From Flaccisagitta enflata (Eukaryota): DNA of 64,000 bases. The first letter of the stretch is position 1. Each line of letters opens with the position of its first letter. The stretch is taken from positions 7,378,001 through 7,442,000 of the forward strand of contig OZ231126.1 in the NCBI GenBank assembly GCA_965153355.1. The letters run 5' to 3'. Below are positions 1 through 35,771 of the stretch, piece by piece. The notes under the pieces were generated by a model. That model was not told the origin of the DNA. It made no database searches and worked only from the letters and a program-made list of their open reading frames with translations. The position numbers and the translations under genes are program-made.

Positions 1-23
1 ATGATGCTTTTGAAGTCGGGATC

Positions 24-101
<78 letters not shown>

Positions 102-109
102 CCAACATC

Positions 110-270
110 TGTAGTTCGCATATGCAACATATTTCGCATATGCAACAGCTGTATTTCGCATATGCAATATATTTCGCATATGCAATATCTCTATTTCGCA
201 TATGCAACATATGTCGCATATGCAACACATGTACTTCGCATATGCAACATATTTCGCATATGCAACACAT
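110..270. repeat. Minisatellite, ~18-20 bp unit TCGCATATGCAACATATT
   Basis: About 8 copies around the palindromic core GCATATGC. Confidence 0.85.
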
Positions 271-719
271 TTTTACAAGAAGTGATTTTTTTCAAAAAGT
301 GCCCGATGAAATATTTTTTGATGGCTGGGCCTTGATTCCTGCACCTGAGGACTGTGTGAAACTAAAGAGAAACTTACAGTTATCCAAAAATCGTCCTGGC
401 GGTTCCCAGGATTCATAGTGTAGGACGGGAGCAAACTATCCTTTTCAACATCGAAATTGTTATGACATTTACATATTATGTATAATACATGTACATAGTA
501 TTAGATATTGCTTCCTCGTAATAAACCGGTCGCACATTCAAACTTCCGACAGTCCAACGCTATACGCGCTATGTACTGTGTGGACCGTAACTGTGTTTTA
601 GAAATTCGTAAATTAATGACCAGCAGTGTCCCGCTTAGCGCCGCCAGTGATCTTTAGTCACTAGTGTACTCCTATAGGCCGAGTCGTGTTCTGGTGGCAC
701 TGCTTCCTGACAGAGGATT

Positions 720-1395
720 CGAGACAAGAATGATATCACTCTGGGTTTTTTTTTTTCATTTTTGTGTAGGTCATGGGTATACAAATCAAGAATTATCCAG
801 CGGAAAATCATCCCTAGAGCACTTTTTGAAAAAAAGGGAAAAAATTATAATTTTCAGCTTCATTTTGCATAAAAGATGTTGGTTTGACTCATTTTTAGTT
901 GCGGACACGCAACTCTATCAGAGGCTTTGTCCGTCCGTCCGGGGTCATCAAGTTGAAAAGTGGGAAAACGGGCATTTCCGCCCCTCCCCACCCGTCCGCA
1001 ACTGGTTTTGGCCGTGTATCCGGCCTTGTTTGACAGCATATTATTAATTCTGGTGCAATTCCCTACAATATAAAAAATACAATTTTCATATTATAGGCCA
1101 CATTTGTAATTTTTGTAATGGTAGCTTAGAAATGAAAATGTTATTTCTTTATAAAACCCTGCCACCCATCAAATGAAAGGGAATTGCATCAGGATTAACA
1201 ATATGCTGTCAAAATGTAAGACAATCCAATCTGCAAAATTCTTCATGCAAAATAAACCAGAAAATTACGCATAATTCACTTTTTTTCAAAAATCGTTCTA
1301 GGGATGATTTTCCAATAGATAATTCTTGATCTCTATGCCCATGACTGAAAAAAAAAATGAAAAATAAAAATCCAGAGTGATATCATTCCTGTCTA
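720..1395. mobile_element. Long palindromic MITE interrupted by a Helentron/DINE-like insertion
   Basis: AATGATATCACTCTGG...GAAAATCATCCCTAGA at 730-820 is inverted at 1297-1388; the insert occupies 892-1030. Confidence 0.65.
892..1030 (+). mobile_element. Non-autonomous Helentron/DINE-1-like (HINE) element, short copy
   Basis: TTTTTAGTTGCGGACACGCAACT 5' palindrome, (GTCC)n core, subterminal inverted repeat CCGCAACT, 3' hairpin GGCCGTGTATCCGGCC then TTGTT. Confidence 0.7.
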
Positions 1396-3054
1396 GACGT
1401 CTGGATTCCTGTCAGACAGCAGTGGTGGGCAGCAACAGCCGGGCCACGGCAGCCCAGAGATGAGAGATGAGGGCAGTGTTGCAATTGGGTGTGTCAATAT
1501 GCAAAAGGTTTTTTGATAAGACCATCAATTTTAGACAATAACATATCAAATTCTAAAACCTTAGCGTTTTTATCTTATCAAATTTCATTCATCTTCCATT
1601 TTTTTCAAAACCCTTTTTTAGGCGCTAATTTGTATATTGCTGTGTTGATGATTTTCTATCAGTTTCATTATTACTTGGTGCTAATTCAAGTTGCAACAAA
1701 GTAGTGGTTGTTTATTTATCACCTGAGTTGTAAAAAGAGATAATAACCAATTTTTTTTGTAGAAGTTATGAGTCTTATTTTTACCAAAACTCAGTGCAGA
1801 AGCTGGAAATATACATATTTTTGACAATCTTTTCTTGCCCTAAAAAAACAGAAGATGATGGAAATTTGAAAAAATAAAAATGCTAAAAGTTTTAAAATAT
1901 TTTTGTTTACACTCCCTGATGTCAATGATCTAATCAAACATACTTTGCATATTGACACACCCGAGTGTTGCAAGTTGCAACTACGAATATCGATGTCGAA
2001 CGCTAACCCAAAAAAGCCAAGGTCCTTAGCCGTTGTTCCTCCTTTGGGGCAATTAACAGCGTTTTCCATTCTAGTGTTTGATCAGCCGTTGGCTAAGTAA
2101 ATCTTTTTTTTTGCCCTTAGACACCAATAGCGAAAACCTTTTAAATCTTTTGAGCCGTCATTTTCAAAAGATAAAAAAAGATATCCGTTTTACTATACTG
2201 GAAGCAAGGCCAAGTAGGCCAATAAGGTGCGACGTGTGGATCGTGGAACGAATTCGTTACCCGCTTAACCAACCGACCAACGGACACAGCCAATTGCTTT
2301 GTCGCACCTAAAAAATAGAATTGAAACATGGCTGGATACACAACTACCCAGGCCCCGTCGCATGTGGGTGGTCAGGGTCAGGGTTTACCAAGCATTTAGG
2401 CAGTAGCAGTAATGCAAAAATCTCCCTTAAAACGCCAAAATAGCTAAGTGTCACCAACCAACTGACCGACCGACCAATGGACCATCCGACCGACATGTCG
2501 ACAGTGTTATTTCTAAAACAAGGCCGGATACACGGGCCAAGACTGCGCCTGGCGTTAAATATTCTTAGACCTATCCCCAGTTCTATCCCTAGACCTATCC
2601 TTAGACCTTTTCCTGGACCCATCCCTTGACCTATCCCTAGCACCATGAGCCCTATCAGAACCTCTATGAGACTTCCTATATGATATAGGAAGCTCGAAAC
2701 GTTAAAGAATATTGTGATCAATGAATCCATGATGTCGAAAAATGGCATATTGAGATTTAAGGTGGCGAAAATGATGATAAATGTCAAATGAATGACGACT
2801 GCGATGAAGAATGTGAGAGAGAGAGAGCAACATGACGTTTTCATAAATTCGTTTAGATGTGAGTGATTTCTCATGATTTTGAATATTTTGGATGATTTTT
2901 AACTCGTGACCATACAACAGAAAGAGCCTCTTATGCTATGAGTAAGTATTTGCAGAAGAGCGGAAGGTCCGCTTGAATAACATTTTCTGTCATTGAATCA
3001 AGCATTGTGTTGTTTATTTAATTTGAAAATGTCAAAATAGAGATGTTAATAAAT

Positions 3055-3236
3055 AACAAGGCCGGAAGGCCCGGATACGCGGCCACCAGTTGCGGACGGG
3101 TGGGCAGGGGCGGAAATGCGCGTTTTCCCATTTTTCGACTCGTGGGTTACGGACCAACAGACGGACGGACCGGCGGACGGACGGATGGACGGACGGACAA
3201 AGCCTCTTATAGAGTTGCGTGTCCGCAACTAAAAAA
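3055..3236 (-). mobile_element. HINE/DINE-like element copy
   Basis: Reverse complement of the 892-1030 family, with (GACG)n core. Further copies at about 3314-3527, 22170-22415, 29300-29500, 32710-32920, 47078-47538, 48314-48523 and 54497-54690. Confidence 0.7.
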
Positions 3237-3907
3237 CATATTGAGTATCGTGAGACACTCACCTTTAATATGACTATAGACTTGATGTATTGCTTGTTTT
3301 AAACAAAAATTGTTTTTAGTCACATGCTCCGCAATTCTATAGCCCGCTTTGTCGGTCCGTCCATTGGTCTATCAGTCTGTCAGTCCATCCATCAGTCCGT
3401 CCGTCACATTTTTTTTTTGGTTTTTGTGGTGTTTGGCCTCACAGCTCCTGCCCAAATGATCAAGTGACCTCAAATATGGCCCCAGCCCACCCATGATTGA
3501 CTGGGTTAGCCGTGTATCCGGCCTTGTTGATATATACATTCACTAAAAAGTGAGAAAGACAAAAAAGTCATCAAAAAAGTTTCACTTGGCTAAATTATAT
3601 GCAATTGATAATTCAAAATATCGATTTTTTTTGTTGGATTATCGTACCGCATGAAGTAACAATTATTCAAGCAAAATTTGGGAAATTTCATTCATTTTCT
3701 TGAAAACCTTGATTTGGCTAACTTCCTGTGCCTGCTCAATAGTTCTCAACAATATTCATTTACCCCTAATGTATTTCAACCTATATGGGAAAGCTAAATA
3801 TGATCAGTTTTGTCAGCTAGCGTCAGTTAGCATTCAAAGATAATCCTATCATATGCAAATTAAGTAATTGTAAAAAATAAGTTTATTAGAAAATGGCCTG
3901 AGAGAGA

Positions 3908-3977
<70 letters not shown>

Positions 3978-4187
3978 AAAAAAAAGATTGGTATAAATGA
4001 ATTTTTTACTTCAGATTATAAATTCGTTAATTTTTTAGGGTCTTGCTTTTACTGATTCCTTAAATAACCAGATTATGAATTTTGTCCATTTCCACAATAC
4101 TCTGAAATCTTGCATTGTATTCTATGATTTTTATTGCTCTGAGATATTTGATATATATTATTAGGTAGAAAGTAATGATAGTAATCG

Positions 4188-4264
<77 letters not shown>

Positions 4265-4271
4265 TCTCTCT

Positions 4272-5420
4272 CTTTTTGTCAGCGACGGAATACCATTCCG
4301 ACGCGGACGTTGTCGTCGTCGTTGTCATTGTCGTCCACACTTTTAAAAATGGGCTAACTTTTGAACGCCTTGACCGATTTGCTTCATATTTGGAGGGAAG
4401 TTGTATTAGGGTAAGCCGCTTTGCAGGCTATGCGTATGTTATGATCCGACCCACCCAACCGGCCCAACCAGCCTACCAGCCTAAAAGTGAAAAACGTACA
4501 TAACTTCGGCATTTTTCAACCGATTTGGTTAAAATTTGGTATGTAGTCCCTAAATGGAAGAACTCAACATATGTATTTGAATTGTAAAGATTTTAGCATG
4601 CTAACCGGCCAAACCGGCCTACCAACCAACCAGCCTACCAGCCTAAAAGTGAAAAACGTGCATAACTTTGGCATTTTTCAACCAATTTGGTTAAAACTTG
4701 GTATGTAGTCTCTAAATGGAAGGACTCAACATATGTATTTGATTTGTAAAGATTTTAGCATGCTAACCGGCCAAACCGGCCTACCACCCAACCAGCCTAC
4801 CAGCCTAAAAGTGAAAAACGTGCATAACTTTGGCATTTTTCAACCAATTTGGTTAAAATTTGGTATGTAGTCCCTAAACGGAAGAACTCGACATATGTAT
4901 TTGAATTGTAAAGATTTTAGCATGCTAACTGGCCAAACCAGCCTACCACCCAACCAGCCTAAAAGTGAGAAACGTGCATAACTTTGGCATTTTTCAACCG
5001 ATTTGGTTAGGACTTGGTATGTAGTCTTTAAATGGAAGGACTCAACATATGTATTTGATTTGTAAAGATTATAGCATGCTAACTGGCCAAACCGACCAAA
5101 CAGCCGTTTGACAACGCTATTTGACAACGCCGTTTGACAACGCCGTTTGACAACGCCGTTTGACAACGCCGTTTGACAACGCCGTTTGACAACGCCGTTT
5201 GACAACGCCGTTTGACAACGCCATTTGACAACGCCGTTTGACAACGCCGTTTGACAACGCCGTTTGACAACGCCGTTTGACAACGCCGTTTGACAACGCC
5301 GTTTGACAACGCCGTTTGACAACGCCGTTTGACAACGCCATTTGACAACGCCGTTTGACAACGCCGTTTGACAACGCCGTTTGACAACGCCGTTTGACAA
5401 CGCGGACCCATACTCTTTTA
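4272..5420 (+). mobile_element. HINE-like element carrying internal tandem arrays (~160-bp x4 and 13-bp x~23)
   Basis: T-run start and (GTC)n microsatellite, then ~160-bp repeats (CAGCCTAAAAGTGAAAAACGTGCATAACTTTGGC...) at 4465-5100 and (GCCGTTTGACAAC)n at 5103-5402. Confidence 0.55.
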
Positions 5421-5428
5421 ATATTTTT

Positions 5429-5491
<63 letters not shown>

Positions 5492-5581
5492 CTCTCAATC
5501 TTTTTCTCAAGTTTTGATAAGCTATTCCATTTCTATTCACAGAAAATATGGTCGGCAAAATATTCATTGGAGGGTCTTGTG

Positions 5582-7258
5582 TTCTGAAAGGACAAAAGAG
5601 GCTTCGAAATTGTTAAAAATATGCTATTCTCATCTAGTCTGCAGTGTTTTTGACGGGGAATCTGAAAATCATGATCTTGAAAGGCTCCGGAAACCATTTC
5701 AATATCTTATGCTAATACTTACTATGAGTTGGACAACATTACTTTACAATAAAACAAGGCCGGATACACCGGCCAAGACGGTGCGCCGGGCGTTTTTATT
5801 TCTTAGACCTATCCCTAGCTCCATCAGACCTATTCCTAGCTCTATCAGACCTATCCCTAGCTCTATCTGACCTATCCTGAGCTCTGTCAGACTTATCCTG
5901 AACTTTATCAGACCTATCCTGAGCTTTATCAGACCTATCCTGAGCTCTATCAGACCTATCCTGAGCTCTATCAGACCTATCCTCTGACCTAACTGACCTC
6001 ACTGTCCGCCAGAACACGGAATGAGTTGACTTGAAATGATCGTCTATAACTCTGACAGGTTCTGAGTCCTTGTGATGTGTATAATACAAATCTAAAAAGA
6101 ACTTAATCATTTTTGGGGCGCTTTTTGAAATATATACAAAAAAAGTACAAATTTAGTACATTTTTCATTATAACTCTTTGTAATAATTTATTTTAATATC
6201 TTTGACCACAGATTTCGACTCAGTGAGTGGCTTGCGGTTTGTTTGATATGTCACACTATATACTTTTGAAAAAGAAGTGAGAGCTTATTTCTTTTTCAAA
6301 ATCATTGAAAATAAATGTATTTTATAGCAATATGATGAAAAAATCAACATTTTGTTTCTTTTTCAAAAATATATAGTGTGACATATCAAACGAACCGCAA
6401 AGCCCTCACTGAATCTGAATTCTGAAAGGACAAAAGAGGCTTCGAAATTGTTAAGAATATGCTATTCTCATCTAGTCTGCAGTGTTTTTGACGGGGAATC
6501 CGAAAATCATGATCTCGAAAGGCTCCGGAAACCATTTCAACATCTTATGCTAATACTTACTATGAGTTGGACAACATTTTTTTACAATAAAACAAGGCCG
6601 GATACACTGGCCAAGACGGTGCGCCGGGCGTTTTTACTTCTTAGACCTATCCCTAGCTCCATCAGATCTATTCCTAGCTCTATCAGACCTATCCCTAGCT
6701 CTATCTGACCTATCCTGAGCTCTGTCAGACTTATCCTGAGCTCTATCAGACCTATCCTGAGCTCTATCAGACCTATCCTGAGCTCTATCAGACCTATCCT
6801 GAGCTCTATCAGACCTATCCTCTGACCTAACTGACCTCACTGTCCGCCAGAACACGGAATGAGTTGACTTGAAATGATCGTCTACAACTCTGATAGGTTC
6901 TGAGTCCTTGTGATGTGTATAATACAAATCTAAAAAGAACTCAATCATTTTTGGGGCGCTTTTTGAAATATATACAAAAATAGTACAAATTTAGTACATT
7001 TTTTATTATAACTCTTTGTGATAATTTATTTTAATATTTTTGACCGCAGATTTGGACTCGGTGAGTTGCTTGCGGTTCGTTTGATATGTCACACTATATA
7101 CTTTTGAAAAAGAAGTGAAAGCTTATTTCTTTTTTAAAATCATTGAAAATAAATGTATTTTATAGCAATATGATGAAAAAATCAACATTTTATTTCTTTT
7201 TCAAAAATATATAGTGTGACATATCAAACAAACCGCAAAGCCCTCACTGAATCTGAAT
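5582..7258. repeat. Recent 838-bp tandem duplication
   Basis: TTCTGAAAGGACAAAAGAGGCTTCG starts at 5582 and 6420; near-identical spurious ORFs are offset by 838 bp (5796 vs 6634). Confidence 0.9.
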
Positions 7259-7470
7259 CTGCAGTAAAAAATACCAGAAAAGTTCACTTCAAAGAGTTAT
7301 GATGAAAAATCTATTAAATCTACACCATTTTTGCATATATTTCAAAAAGCGCCCCAAAAGTGATTTAGTTTCCTTTAGATTTATATTGTACACACTACAA
7401 TGACCCAAAAACTATCAATGTGAGAGACAATCATTCTACCTCAACTCATTCTGTCTTTTGGCTGGTAGTG
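6838..7470. mobile_element. CACTA/EnSpm-like palindromic MITE (~633 bp)
   Basis: Starts CACTGTCCGCCAGAACACGGAATGAGTTGA and ends TCAACTCATTCTGTCTTTTGGCTGGTAGTG; same family as 20455-21087. Confidence 0.7.
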
Positions 7471-8683
7471 ACCCATCCCCAGCTCTATCCGACCTATACC
7501 CACCTCTATCAGACCTATCCCCCGACCTATCCAACCTATCACCAGCCCTATCAGACCTATCCCCAGCTCTATCAGACCTAACCATAGCTGATTATTTCAG
7601 TGAATGAAATGACGAGTATCATCTATGCAATGATGAACGAAATGAGTGAGCGATTTTCTACTCGAGCGTGACCAACCGACAGACAGACAGACAGGCAGAC
7701 GGACAGAGCCTCTTATAGATGGGCTATGGCGCACCTAAAAAGGTGATCACGTTGTAGTCTGCTAGCCAGTGAGCTGGTAGTGGATGCGCGTAGACATACT
7801 TCGACTCGTTGATCAAGTGGCTTTCAGTTGACTTCAAATGGGTATCGGTTTGAGTTTGACCGATATTCTCGCGTCAATTTCTTCCAATCAAATTACTTTT
7901 CCAGATCGCAGTGCTACGTACAAAACACCCACGCATATCCCCCCACAAACTCATCTCTCCCACACGCACCTTGACACCCAACACCCAACACAACACATGC
8001 AAACATAAAGAAAAACACAACCCAAAGGTTTCTTAGAAATAAAGACGTATTGCATTTGGCCGCTTCAAACATCATTGTTGCACTGTATCTCTTCGTCCCG
8101 CTTACCCAATACAGAGTGAAAAAAATCATTTTCCTTTTCTCAAAATTTATTTGTTTTCCATTTTTTTTTTTTGGCTCTTTAAGTTTTGTATGGAGTTCAA
8201 TGGGGAAGCAAATTTCCCCATGCTATTTCGTTGCTAAAGAGGCTAACAATTGCCATAGAAAATTGTCTTTTAAACAAATATCCTTCTCAAAAAAAAGATG
8301 CAAATGTTGTGGGTGTTGTCTGTTACACAGTTGAACGGCCTAAATGATGTGGAGGAAAAGGTTGAAGGCTTACAAATTAACTGAAGCCTGACAGTATCTT
8401 TCACAGCATTATGTAAATTAGGACATAAAAGAAGGCTGCTAGATAAACGGAAGATAGACTAATTTTGAAAAAAGAAAAACGGTCAGGGCCTTGAAATTAG
8501 TCCCTCTGTCATTGGTAAGTAAGACGAGAAGAAATTCCAAACTTTTGCTATGTGAAGCGCCTGATTAATATAAGGTCATCATTTTTTTTTCGCTAGTAAA
8601 ATTACCAACGTAGAAATAATTCTTTGTTCAAAGATGTCATTCTAAATCGAGGCGCTTAAGCGCGAAGGTGGTGAAGGTCGCTA

Positions 8684-8860
8684 CAGTTGAACCCCGCTTT
8701 AACGGATCCGCCACCAGCGGAATTCCGCTTATAACAGATGCAAATTCATACTCCTTCAAAAAAGTTTTTTTCATCTACTTTTTTTGGCATTAACAGAAGT
8801 CCACCTATAACAGAAAAAAATTATTGGTTTCTTGAAATTCGTTAGAGCGAGGTTCAACTG
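8684..8860. mobile_element. Tc1/pogo-like MITE
   Basis: TA|CAGTTGAACCCCGCTTTAACG...CGTTAGAGCGAGGTTCAACTG|TA; second copy at 23822-23996. Confidence 0.8.
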
Positions 8861-9064
8861 TATTAGTATTTAATTGTAGTTTCTGATTAGTATCCGTTCT
8901 TCTTTTTATTTACAAGCGCCTTTCAAAATCTGTCATCTGTATTACTTCCGGTAACATGTTTTGCGCACTCTGTCTCTCCGTCTCCGGCTGTCCGTCCGTC
9001 CGTCCGTCCGTCCGTCTATCCGTCTGTCTCTTTTACTGTTTCTGATTCTGTTTCTCTCTTCAAT

Positions 9065-9140
<76 letters not shown>

Positions 9141-9170
9141 TTTTTCTTTCTTTCTTTCTTTCTCTCTGTC

Positions 9171-9333
<163 letters not shown>

Positions 9334-9412
9334 CCCCGACATTTTTACGCACACCATCCTCTTTCGTACATCGATCAATTCCTCCTAAACATTTCACTTG
9401 TCGTTCATTCGT

Positions 9413-9452
<40 letters not shown>

Positions 9453-11000
9453 TCAATTTCCATCTTAAGTGGATCTTCTTTCCTCTTCCCAATTTCCTTT
9501 TTAGGCTCCGGATATTTTTCTTTTCTTATTTTGCCTTTTTTTTTTGGAGAGAAAAAAAAAATTTTGGCTTTTTTTTTTTTTTTTTTATGGTTTTCCCGAT
9601 TTGATTTCTTTTCTCCGATTTTTGAATGAATTTTCGATAGATTCCGAAAAAAAGAACATAAAATCATGCCAACTTGTTGCGACTCCTTCACTTTGGTCAT
9701 GGAAAAAAGGAAGAGAAATTAATGATCAATATGCAATAAACGAACAAACGATGAAAATTCACACATGAACTGTTGGAGAGAGCGTCCGCGTCGTGAACAG
9801 GGGTAGACCTAGACTCGAAAATTTTCCTAGGTCAGTCAGTAGCTCAATCTTTTGCATGGACCTGCTCAGCGCTTTCAATAATGCACGTTTCAAATTTCAA
9901 GGTTCTGGCTCAAATACTTTAGAAGTTATGAGCATTTGTTTGAACCATATCAAACTAAAAAAATTCCAGGAGAATCTTTAAACTTTCTTTTGAAATATGG
10001 CCGACACAAAAATTTTCTAAGTTTTTTTGAAAAAAGTGAAATTACAAGATTTTGGATCTAGGCGAATCAAGCTATTTCCTTTCAAATGAACCCCATTTTT
10101 TTTTTGAAAAAAAAAATCCTCATTAAGGGCTTTTTGGGGCCCTTAGGGGCCCCTAAGAAGTTCAAAATTTTGAAAAATGAGATCAACAGAGTTATGTGCA
10201 TATGCCAAGGTATCTTTCAGGAACAAATTCAAGCAGATTAGTTCAAGCTAGAGCTCATGCCGTTACTACCTTCAGACCGGCCGCATAAAAAAGAGAAGTA
10301 TGAAAATTCACAAGGACTTAGATTTAAGATCTGAGGTCAATATCTAACAGGGGGAAAATAAGTTACCAACGACAACCAAACAGTCGCAAAGCGTAATGCG
10401 GTGTTTTGGGTAGCGTGGTGGTTGGCAGGTACCCGGTCGGCATCGGGGTAGTATATGGGCCACGGTGCGTCAGATGGTCAGCGGTACTCGTTGTCCCTAT
10501 GTGAATTTATGTGGATGTGTGTTGGTAAGAGGGGCAGCGCCCCATATGGGCCGATGACCTATGGCTTTGCTTGGTAAGTTTGGAGCTTCAAGGCTAGGAT
10601 TTGAACCTCGAGGTTGGTTTTTGAACCTCGAGGCTGGACCAGCGTGAAAGGGGAGGGGGAGATGTACGGCGGAGGAGGAGCAGCACAGGTCATCTGCCCA
10701 AAATTGTCAAAATTGTCAAATAGTATGAACCTCTCTCTTTGTCAAAGGCTCAAAGCCCTACAAATTAGTGTAGCCCACGTGGGTTAGTAGAATAAAGAAG
10801 AAAAAACAAGAGTAACAAAAAACAAAACAAAACAAAACAACAACAAAAAAAAACAACCAAAAAAAAAAAAGGAAAAAAAAACCCAAAGTAAACATTCGTT
10901 TCGGCGAGTTTTTTTGGATTTGCGCATTAAGATGGAACTGGATATTTCCCGATGAAACCCATTCTTCGTTGTTTCCGTCTTAAAATCATTATACAAAATA

Positions 11001-11987
11001 CAGGGTCTTCAATTGCAACTGATTTATTCTAAATTGATGGTGTGCCTCTCATAGTCAATATTATGATCTAATCTTTTTTTCCTCTTGTAGCATATTGTTT
11101 GACGTTTTTTGTATCAAAATTTCAAGGGTTTTTGTCAAATAGTTTGTCTGTAATCACAATTTGAAGTAGATCAGGTACTCATGGTTGTGACTGAAAAAAA
11201 ATGTTTCTTGTTTTTACATTTTTTTTTAATTTTCTCTCATTTTGATTAGTTAGAGCTAGAGGTGACTCATTGGTCTCAAATGAGACTTAATTTAATCTAC
11301 TTTTAAGAGATAAAAAATGAAACATGGATTGCCAGAAATATCATATACAAACTATAAGGAAAATTGTTGGTTTGGAAAACATTTTGTCAGAAATTGATTT
11401 CAAGGTCATTACATGAAAACATTATATGATTTATATCAAAACACTGTTCTATCTAAAGTAGTGTGAACAAGGCATTGACACATCACCCCCAGACTCATTC
11501 CCAGTCTCATATGAGTGCAAGAGAGCAGGAGCTGGGCACAAGGGCTTTATTACTCTTTGGGACATTGGGGCAGCAATGTCTTGCCAGTACCAAAAGAGTT
11601 TGTGGAATGGCTGGACAAGCAGTGGTCATATGAACCTACAAAAGGACATGTGGACGGGCTAACTGACAGACTGACATGTCACCAATAACAATATGAAATT
11701 ATCTTTCATTTTAAACTAATTGAGCATCTGTAGCTCAAACCATTTAGAAATGATGGCAGTTTGAAAAAAGATGTTATGGAAAAATTATTTTTTTCAGTTA
11801 CAACCATGAATACCTAAACTACTTCAAATTATCATTACAGACAAACTATTTGACAAAAACCCTTGAAATTTTGACACAAAAAACGTCAAACAATATGCAA
11901 TAAGAGGAGAAAAAGAAAAAATCATAATGTTGACTATGAGAGGCACACCATCAATTTAGAATAAATCAGTTGTAATTGAAGACTCTG
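11001..11987. mobile_element. Tc1/mariner-like non-autonomous element with ~200-bp TIRs
   Basis: TA|CAGGGTCTTCAATTGCAACTGATTTATTCTAAATTGATGGTGTGCC is inverted at the right end ...TTGAAGACTCTG|TA. Confidence 0.85.
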
Positions 11988-12110
11988 TACATTTAGACAT
12001 CAACGGCCTTCTGCACTCCACACAAAAGGATGACAGCCCTTGCAACTAGGTTCTACTATGGGTCAACTTTAATTTTGTCTGCCTGACTGTGTGTCTGTCT
12101 GTACGTCCGT

Positions 12111-12153
<43 letters not shown>

Positions 12154-12395
12154 CACGGTAGCCTTTCCATCATTACCAGCATTGACTTTAGATGATCTTT
12201 TTTTTCTTCATTTTCACAGGAAAGCAGCTTTTTTTTTCTTCGTTTGCTTTCTCCTCCTTCAAAATGATTTTTGAGTCCTAAAAACTCCTCATCAAATCCG
12301 AATCTGAAAACTTTATTTTTTCTAAATAAAATCTGAATGAAAAAAAAAACATCCAAGAAGAAGAAAAAATACGGCTAAAATCACCCCACCCCACC

Positions 12396-26599
<14,204 letters not shown>

Positions 26600-28856
26600 A
26601 TTTGATCCATTCTCAATAGTCAATAACTAGATTTAGACTAACATCAGAAGAGCACTGGTCATTTTGTAGATGAAGTATCGCACTTGAGTTTCCCGAAAAT
26701 TCCGCCAGAGCAAACTTTCAATCGGCGAGTAGATATTAAGCTCTAAAACACCCCTAACCCTAACCCTAACCTGATCCCTAAGACTATATATCAGATGTTA
26801 AAAGACTTAATCGTTTAATTCAACTAACAGCAAAAGATATAAATAGTAAAAAGTATCTCCAACTATCAATGGATAAGTTAACCTGGACTGTGGACCAGGC
26901 AAGACTTGTGCTTATCCCTGACCATATCCCTAACCCTAACACTAACCCTACCCCTAACCCTAACTTGTTACCCGCTTTCGAGTAATTGACCGCCAAAAAC
27001 AAAAGACAAAAGGATGCTAACTCTCCTACTACAAGACCAGAACGGTCAGTCATGTGATGAGAAATCATGAGATGACATCCTGAACCTCAACAGTTGCACG
27101 AACAGTTACAACCCGGTATAATAGATCCAGTCTCTTAGTGTCAGTTCTGTTTTTTTCTTGCTATAGCATTAACAGAAATCAGTCGATAAGAGATTGAATT
27201 CATTGTTCCCTTGGCATCCGGTATTGCAGTGTTCCACTGTACATGTTTCTTCAATTGACAGTGTCTATCAGTTAGTCATTGTTTTGTTGGCCTGTTATTG
27301 TTATCACAGCTTGCCTCTTTGACTCTGTAGGGTTTTAGGAGACTCTAGTTCCAATTTCTGTGTGATTTTTGCAAGCTGTGTTTTGGGGTTTTGCTTCTCC
27401 CCACAACCCGGATATGGTCATCATTTATCTTTTATGCTCCTGTCTTCCCGCATGCTAAAAAAATGTTGTGTGAGCCTGTGTAGCATATTGCTTTCCGCTA
27501 TTTGTAGCTCATGTGTTTTAGTGGTCAATGTAAAAAAAAACCTCATGTACCAGTCTGCCAACTTTTTGGCTATTATTTCATTCCTAATCATTGAAAGAAG
27601 TTATCTTATTCCGATGTATGTGTGGGTGGCGGGGGATGTTGAGGGGGAGTTGAGGTGTGGATGGGGTTGTAAGCCACGTCCGCAAAAATGTTGTAACTCC
27701 GGGTTTCATGCAGGAAGACGAGCCTGCACCTCTACAAGAGGTCATCTCATGAAATCCGGGACATAAATTCAAAGGGAGCATCGTTGCTCTACTCGACCTT
27801 TTAAATTGAGTTGAAACAAAAGCTCAAGCTAGAATTCGAGTATCAGTATCAGAAATAACCTTGTCACCCATGCAGTGGGCAGGGCAGGGAGATAATAGCT
27901 TATAACCAGACGTACTAACATATCAACCAACCAACGAGAGAAACGTAAAGTCGCGTGCCTACGGCCACCGACAAAGAGGCATCAGTCAACAATTTGAATG
28001 GTCTAATTTTCAAGCAACAAAAAAAGAAGTGCAAGAAGATATCTGAAAAAAAGTCACGGAAGGGATTTATTTTCTTCGAACAACAATTTTCAACATGCGG
28101 GCAAATGTTCGTCGTGTTTGTGATCTCATTTCTACGCCCGCATCCACATTGAAAAAAGAAATCTTGGTTGTCTCAAATCGCTTCCAACTATTGATTAGTC
28201 TAGGTTTGGGGATAGCTTTTAAATTCATTTCTTATATGTCTCAATTTGAAAATTTAATCATTTGCTTCAACAACATAGTCTTGATCAAAACTGATTACAT
28301 TGAATTTATTTATATTGTTTAGATTAAAAATAGATTTTAATGTTTATGTTTATAGAGACTTTACTTATCTATCTTTCGCTTTTAGTCTACATTTCTTGAT
28401 CATATTTACAGCAACTACAGAGGTTATCCTGCTAAAATAGAATAAATTTCAAAAAAATTGAGATCAAAACTTATATCAATGTTGAACCCATGCTTGAGCA
28501 AATTGGGTCAACTATCCAACCCAAATGTGAATGAGCCCTCTTTTTTTGGAGACTTGTCCGATGTTTAATTGAATCAACATAAAACCTTGACGTGTATGTC
28601 ACTAATTTCGTCGGAATTCTGAAGAAAGACGATCCCAAATGTGATTAATCAATTAAAGTGCAACAAAGCGACTTCGACGTGTAACATAATTACAATTTAA
28701 TTACATAAACGACGTCACAAGAGAGAAAAGTAATTCATTTCTAGAAGAAAAAAGTATCTTCTGAAAAAGTAAACACTGATTCAAAACGCCTCTGACATCC
28801 GTCCGGAACAATACCAACATTATCAATATCATCAACAACAGCAACAAAGAAGCAAA

Positions 28857-35240
<6,384 letters not shown>

Positions 35241-35649
35241 TGATACATGTGAACCTTAGCTATATAATCTTCGACGTTTCATCGATACGTCTTTGTATCT
35301 CATCGTAAAAGCTGTTGAAAATGTCATTCCCTTATATTAGTAAATTTAAATAGAGAGATTTTATGCGGTCCTGAAAAAATCCGCCATTTCACGTTGTTCA
35401 TCCCTTCCGATTCTTTGGCATTCATTCCTGATTCTTCTCTTCAATAACGGATTTCCAAGGACCAACAAATCTCATCTGTTATAGACGTATTTCGGTTATT
35501 GCCAACATGAAATGACCACAATTTTATAGGGGAATTCCATCACTCCGGGATCCTCTACCGCGAGGTGTGACTAAAGTATTCAATATATGAGGTTGTGATT
35601 GTGTGCGTGCGTACGTGCGTGCGTGTGTGTATGTGTGTGTGTAAGTGTT

Positions 35650-35771
<122 letters not shown>

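Noticed and set aside
4840-5490. (RCQTALSNGVVKR)n ORFs
   Set aside because: A 13-bp minisatellite that is open in all three minus-strand frames.
9575-10980. Possible minus-strand exons (GNNEEWVSSGNIQFHLN... near 10890-10978; EGVATSWHDFMFFFSES... near 9586-9690)
   Set aside because: No recognisable homology, not dynein-like, and weak or incompatible splice signals.
26750-26965. (TAACCC)n telomere-like repeats
   Set aside because: Only a few degenerate interstitial copies, probably part of a repeat element; not a chromosome end or a demonstrable integration target.
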